Assembly (NCBI RefSeq): GCF_006345805.1
Contig: NW_021835427.1
Location: forward strand, 1-14,026
Length of the DNA: 14,026 nucleotides
Direction of reading: 5' to 3'
Source of the DNA: Octopus sinensis
Taxonomy: Eukaryota
The first letter of the stretch is position 1, and every line of letters starts with the position of its first letter. This document shows, piece after piece, positions 8,665-14,026 of the stretch. The position numbers and the translations under genes were made by a program. The notes below the pieces were generated by a model that made no database searches, had not been told where the DNA came from, and saw only the letters and a list, made by a program, of their open reading frames with translations.

Positions 8665-8980
8665 ATATTGGCATCTAAGATTATGAACTCTCTGGATTTA
8701 CTGATTACCTTGATGTCAGTGAGATTGCCATTGTCAAACAAGAGATTTGTTACCTTAGTAAGTGTCTACCCTCCAACCATGTGTTCCCCTGAAGAGAAAA
8801 AAAAGACTAATATTTTATCTTTCATGAAAAAAGCTTCTGTGCAGTGTTCTTTCTGCTTATAAAATCTTCATACTTGGTGATTTGAATGAAAGCATTTGCA
8901 GAGATAAAAAAATTTGGGATATAATTGGGAAACATGAAGCCAGAAAATGCAATAGTAATGGCTTGTTTAGTACTGCAAGT
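8665..8980 (+). mobile_element. Relic of an RTE/BovB-like LINE apurinic endonuclease domain
   Basis: LMSVRLPLSNKRFVTLVSVYPPTMCSPEEKK (VYAPT-like) then, after a frameshift, KIFILGDLNESICRD..IIGKHEARKCNSNG (GDFNA..G.HG.G..NSNG pattern). Confidence 0.8.
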
Positions 8981-9373
8981 GTGTTCGATTTTTGCATATA
9001 CTGGGTAACTGTCAATCTCCTAGTGTGGAGCATGCTGTATTTGAGCACCAAATATGTGGGAGTATTTATGTGATCAAGATGAAAGGCAATTAGGTCTCTC
9101 ATTAATTTCTGTTTGGTGAGTTGGCCCTGAGGAAAAATCTAGGCAACAAATTGAAATTAAGGCATGAAAGTCATTAGAGACACTTAGAGGATCTAGATCA
9201 AATTAGAGAAAGTGAAAACATCACAAAGTTTTTGATGGAAAAAATTGTTTCATGTTGGAATGAGTGAATTTGAATGAATGTCAATAAAATCTTAGTGTGC
9301 ATGAAAAGCTTGAGAGAGATTTTTGAAAAGGTCTTAATATTAATGTTTCCATTGTGTTTTGCTTCAAAAACTA

Positions 9374-10584
9374 CATAGACATGACAGAATTAAATAGACA
9401 TCCTTATAATTGTTAAAATTTATTTAAATTATTTATTAATTATTATAATGTGAATATCTAATATTTAGTAGACAGGCTCCTTGCATTTTTGAATGCAAGG
9501 ACCCTAGCAGGCATGCTACTGATCTGATGAATATTCTCTTCATGATTTTCTTGCCAAGTTTCTTGCAGTAATATCAAAAGATCTGGCTTTAAGGATGCTT
9601 TCTTTTTCTTTTTAGGAAGTATCCCATCCATCATGCCTCAGAGGTGTTCAGTAGGGTTCATATCTGGTGATTGGCTTAGCTATGGAAGCTTTTTAATGCC
9701 ATTCTCTTCCAACCAATCCTGGGTCTTTTAGTTGTGCAAGAAAGCCCTATCTTCCATAAATAGTGTTCTTTAATCATTTTACCCCTGGAGGTTATAGGAA
9801 GAAGATTTTTCTATAATATGGACACATATTTATCTGAGTTTATGTATCCCTCACATTCCACCATTTCTGATTGACTATTGCTCCAAACTGCTCTCCAGAC
9901 CATCACATGTTTCATTGTTGGCTGCAATATATTCACGTGAAAATATTGGTGACTGATTCTCCAGACCCACATTCGACCAGTGTCAGAAAATACAGCAAAT
10001 CTGGATTCATCAGAGAATTTGACAGTGTCCCAAAGTGCTAGTGACCTCTCTACCATCTCACTTGTCCAATCTTTTCTCCATTTGATATTGGCTGGTCGAA
10101 GCAGTGTCTTCTTTCTTGCTGCTCTGCCATAATAGCCAATTTTGCGGAGATAACTGACAGCTATTCTGGGACTGACATCAACTTATTCTGCTATATTGGA
10201 GGCCTTGCAATGAGGATTATCTTACACACTTCTCTTAAGAAAGCAAAGTGTTCTGTCAGAGGGCCTTAGTCTACCTGGGTAAGGTGATATGGACTACTTT
10301 CCCGTTTAGTGAATTGAAAAATTACTCTATTTACTGTAGAAAGTGGAATCACAATGTTTTCTGTGGTTTTAGGCTAAGTCAGCCTTGAAATAGGCGCAGC
10401 ATATGGCCTCTTTGTAAATTGGACATTTTTAAGGCTTCTTTTGTACATGGCATGATTAAACAGTTACATATAGAACCTGAAACATATAAATGTCAATTAA
10501 TAAAAAAAATATAAACCTCTTCAAGTTATAATAACCATAAAACAATGTGTTAATGGGTATCTATTTACTTTTGTCATGTTTGTG
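9374..10584 (-). mobile_element. Tc1-like DNA transposon with both TIRs, TA target duplication and decayed transposase
   Basis: Left TA|CATAGACATGACAGAATTAAATAGACATCC (9374-9403) versus right end reverse-complemented TA|CACAAACATGACAAAAGTAAATAGATACCC (10555-10584), 24/30 identical; TA at 9372-9373 and 10585-10586. Confidence 0.9.
9458..10453 (-). pseudogene. Tc1-family DDE transposase pseudogene
   Basis: ATG at 10453; IPLSTVNRVI (HTH-like), YGRAARKKTLL, WDTVKFSDESRF, VMVWRAV, FMEDRA, SQSPDMNPTEHL, ending STKY* (9458-9460); several stops and frameshifts. Confidence 0.88.
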
Positions 10585-11327
10585 TACAAATGTATCATTT
10601 GTTAGAACTGCACTTTGAAAGAAAAAGAAAACCTTTAGTAGAAAATTAGCATTAGCTACGACAATGTTACCCAACTATTAAATCTTATATTTTTCAAACT
10701 CATGCTAGGATGGAAAAATGAACGTAGATATGAGACTTATTTTTACACATGTATTGATGCATATAAAACATGAAATTATGTTGTCTACATACTTAAATAC
10801 TTGCAATTAATTCATTGTAAGAACATAGAAGTTTGACAGGTTTTCTTGAGTTGTTGCTCATCTACAATAATCTGATAAGTTTGAGGTTATTGTTGGTTGC
10901 ATAAGATTGTCATTGAATTTTCTCTCGACAGAAATATCTAATCATTTTATCCATACTAGCATGGGTTGTGTGTGTCATGTTGATATCTGTTTCAGTTTAA
11001 TTCCCTCTGCAATAGTTTCTTTTTTTTTGTGTTTATGCAATATGGTACTTTCATAAAATACAGTCGTCTCTTGCCTTACACAGTATTCTGTTTCTTAGTT
11101 TCACTTTAGCACAATTTTGCTCATTTTCCTCTATTTGTTTCTTTTTCTTTTTGTTTTTACAAATATAGAAGTAGTACTTGCTTCAGTTTCTCATTATATT
11201 TTGTTAAATATTTTTGAATTTGAAATATTAAAATTGATTTCACTGGAAATGAAAATTCAATGTATAAAATTAACTTTAAACTAGAAGATGTTCAGCATAA
11301 AATGCAAAAGTTTTACAAAAAGAATTG

Positions 11328-12169
11328 TCATCATCATTTAATTGGCTTGGGTTGGACAGTTTCATCAGGGCTGGTAAGCTGAGGGTCTGCAGCAGACTCC
11401 AGTCTTGATTTGTCATTGTTTCTATGGCTGGATGCCCTTCTTAACATCAAGCACTCCATGAGTGTTGTGGGCAGGGGTTGTGAAAAAAATTAATTGATGG
11501 AAATTAATTACAATATATTGTCTTCTAAGGCACGGCATGTCATGAAAGGTGTCTGTCATTAGTCATTGCCTTTATAAGTTCCAACAGTCAAAGATCATGC
11601 ATTACCACCTTGTCCAATGCCTTCTTATGTCTGCTTCTTCTGCCATGTAGCATAGTTGTCTGCACAGGTATAATAAATCTGGCTTTCACTCTGAAGGAGA
11701 GACCCTTAGTTACCAAACAGAGGAAGGAGCTCTCTGAATTTGCTCTGCCTATTTTTATTCTTGCAGCCACACTCTTGGTTCATCCACCTCTGCTACTGAC
11801 TTTGTTGCTCAACAATCTTTATCGTACTCCTCTGGTATTTGATGAAGCCCATTTTCTGTACACTTTTAGTGTTTACTGTACATGTGCACTTTCCACATAC
11901 AAAATATATTTTCCCAGTTTACCTTCCTCTGATATTGCTACACCTATTATGTGTTATACAGAGTACATCTACCTACCTGTTTCCTTCATATTGAGGATGG
12001 CCATGTACCTGAAGGGCTTTACGATTTATCTGTTTTCCTACTTACTAAGACTTTGGGTTAGGGTTGGGTAGGTTAATTCTGTGACCTTTCAATTCTAGAC
12101 CTTGCTTCCGTACGCACAATTTGTTCTCTAGTTCTGGTAGTGATTTAGCTATAAGAAGAAGCTCATTAG
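11328..12169 (-). mobile_element. Old, internally deleted RTE-type LINE relic related to the copies at 1061 and 2617
   Basis: Tail tcatcatcatttaa..gggttggacag..gctggatgcccttc (11329-11471) parallels 2621-2785; minus-strand remnants VAARIKIGRA..LVTKGLSFRVKAR..TTMLHG and NELLLIAKSLPELENKL..KQGLELKGHRINL (YADD-adjacent region). Confidence 0.82.
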
Positions 12170-12350
12170 TAAATAAGTGTGAAAACTCTTTGCTTTCACA
12201 AACACTTTATGTACACTGATTGAAGCAATGAAAAAAAAGGTCCTCGGTATACCTGAAACGTGAAGGAAAATATTTGGATAATGAAACAAATAATGTATGG
12301 CTAATTGAATGTAATGTAATAAATGATAATATATGAGTTTTCAGTTGTCA
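12170..12350 (-). repeat. 3' LTR of the Gypsy element (outer terminus eroded), adjacent to a polypurine tract
   Basis: taaataagtgtgaaaactctttgctttcac..ggtcctcggtatacctgaaacgtgaagg matches 13911-14003; ends ..ttgtCA at 12350; next to tcctctatgccctcccc (minus-strand GGGGAGGGCATAGAGGA, PPT-like). The inner boundary could lie ~9 bp further right. Confidence 0.7.
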
Positions 12351-13905
12351 TCCTCTATGCCCTCCCCAATTCCTTTGAGAGAAGCAAAGAAGACTAATAA
12401 TATGTATTAAATGATTAACGAAAATAATAATTAGTGCAAGAGACCCTTAATCAATATTGACGGTGTGACGATCAAGGAGCAACGTGTCAGTTGTGCATCA
12501 GGCTTTTGTGTCAGTCTTTGCGAGTCTGGCAGAGCGACAAACAGGACAATTGCTGGATGGAGGATAAACTGCATCAGGCAAGGGTCACTTTTGGAAAGCA
12601 GGGGTTTCAAGGGGTGTTGGGGTATGACCACTTGTGGTAAAGGTGGGGTAAGTTGGCGTGGCTCTGTGGGTAGGCGGTGAGATGCATTTCTGGTCATGGT
12701 AATTTTGGAATCGGGAAGTGGGCATTGGTGTTGCAGCTGCATGAGGTGCTGTTAAAGTCGGTTGAGAAGGTAGTCTCATCACTGGTGTTGGCGTAGGGAA
12801 CGCATGTGGTCCAGACACCATGAGCAGTGGGCCATGGGGAAGAAGCAGTAGATACTTCCAGAGGAATTTTGGCCTGATCCATCCACTCTCAACATGTACA
12901 GATCGAAATGACGTACATCTAAATGGCACCAGTTTTCCCCCCATTTGTAGGATTGGGTCAAACTTGGCTCTGGATTAGGACATAGTTCGAAAGAAGTGAG
13001 CATGTGTGTTTTGACAACCGTTCAGTAGCACTCATGTTGTGTTTACGCAGGTCTTCTTTTCAATAAGTCATAGTTTCATGCCATGTGGAATGTAGCTTGT
13101 ACTTGCCGGGATGGATGGGAATAAAGTATTGTATAGGGCTGCCAAAGATGCACATGGCTGGGGACAAGTGTGTGTCCCAGTCAGGTGTATTTCTTTATTG
13201 TAGCATTGTGCACTGGAAACTGTCAGTGTTAAGGAAGCCATTGGTGTCAGTGTTGTCTGTAACGAGGCCCTTTATTGTCTCAATACTGACTTTGGCGCGG
13301 CAGTTGTCATGGGGAAATGCAATGGCAGTGATTCTCCCCAATTGTGGAAGAAGGTACAATGTCAGCTCATAGCTGATAGGGCAGTGTTAAGTGCCTGTGC
13401 GCCATTCGATGCTCCTTTAAGATGGTTTTCCAGACCTGTTAGGACATACCACCATTGTCTGTCACCAATTGACAGATGTACCAATGGGAATAGGCTTGAT
13501 AACTCCAAGTGGAACATTCCGGTCGAGACCTGCTTTTACTTCCTCTTGCCAATGAACCAGGACTGGTATGGGCGTATGGTGGGCGACTGGTTTAGCATTA
13601 AGCGGATCGGTTGGTCAGACATCTTGGAGAATTGCCGATGGTTGCAGACGTTGAATGTGCTGGAGCTGTAGTATTGTAGCAGCTACTTCCTCAGGCGACA
13701 ACGTTTTTCCTCAGTGGCTGGGAATGGTAGTGTAGTTGGAGGAGGGGGTTGTATTTGTTGTAGGTGGCAGGTGCATACATTCTGTGTCATTGTTGCAGAT
13801 GATCGATGAGGCTTGTCAGTACTCTCTCCCATGGATTGTTTACAGGCCAACTCATGGCACAATCAGGTGCAGGACAGGGTACGTTGGTCATACTGACTCG
13901 CTTTT

Positions 13906-14026
13906 TGTCATAAATAAGTCTGACAACTGTTTGCTTTCACCAATATTTTACGCAGTCTGAAGCAACGAGTAAAGGGTCTTCAGTATACCTGAAATGTGAA
14001 GGGAAAGATGATGGATAATAAAATGA
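13906..14026 (-). repeat. 5' LTR of the Gypsy element (partial, continues beyond the window)
   Basis: Starts TGTCAtaaataagtctgacaactgtttgctttcac on the + strand; roughly 80% identical by manual alignment to 12170-12265. Confidence 0.75.

Larger units (their letters stand above)
12170..14026 (-). mobile_element. Internally deleted Ty3/Gypsy LTR retrotransposon; 5' LTR runs off the window end
   Basis: Direct repeats 12170-~12290 and 13911-14026; minus-strand remnants: gag-like start MTNVPCPAPDC (13891), PTTLPFPATEE..YYSSSTFNVC..PVAHHTPIPVLVHWQEEVKAGLDRNVPLGVIKPIP..MVVCP..SGKP (pre-RT/RT N-terminus), then integrase [47 protein letters not shown]. Confidence 0.88.

Noticed and set aside
10940-10970. 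tccatactagcatgggttg resembles the RTE tail end
   Set aside because: About 20 bp of similarity only; probably a tiny relic, but not enough to annotate.
11610-12071. 153-aa membrane-protein-like ORF
   Set aside because: Antisense to the decayed RTE coding remnant.
12950-13015. HAHFF in one minus frame suggested a HUH/Rep endonuclease
   Set aside because: Out-of-frame reading of the Gypsy integrase C-terminal region; no other Rep motifs.

Overview
AT-rich, repeat-dense eukaryotic (metazoan) genomic DNA. The repeat make-up (RTE-type LINE ends with (GAT)n tails, tRNA-derived SINEs, mariner/Tc1 relics, dense AT/ATGT/GA microsatellites) resembles what I know of octopus/coleoid genomes; this is an inference, not verified. 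No intact protein-coding gene is visible, and most ORFs in the track are transposon remnants, their antisense shadows or microsatellite frames. Left to right: a CpG/CRE/forkhead-motif cluster (~158-223); a mariner fragment; two tail-to-tail copies of one RTE-LINE 3' end flanking a 5'-truncated mariner; a decayed minus-strand Penelope-like retroelement (RT + C-terminal GIY-YIG) interrupted by a SINE with a 12-bp TSD and preceded by a degenerate hammerhead-like fold; old SINE copies; a possible host exon (7851-8182); an RTE endonuclease relic; a Tc1-like element with both TIRs and TA duplications; a third RTE relic; and an internally deleted Ty3/Gypsy element with two diverged LTRs. I found no convincing new biological system. 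The best leads are the variant hammerhead-like fold, the long LINE inverted repeat and the reduced Gypsy element.
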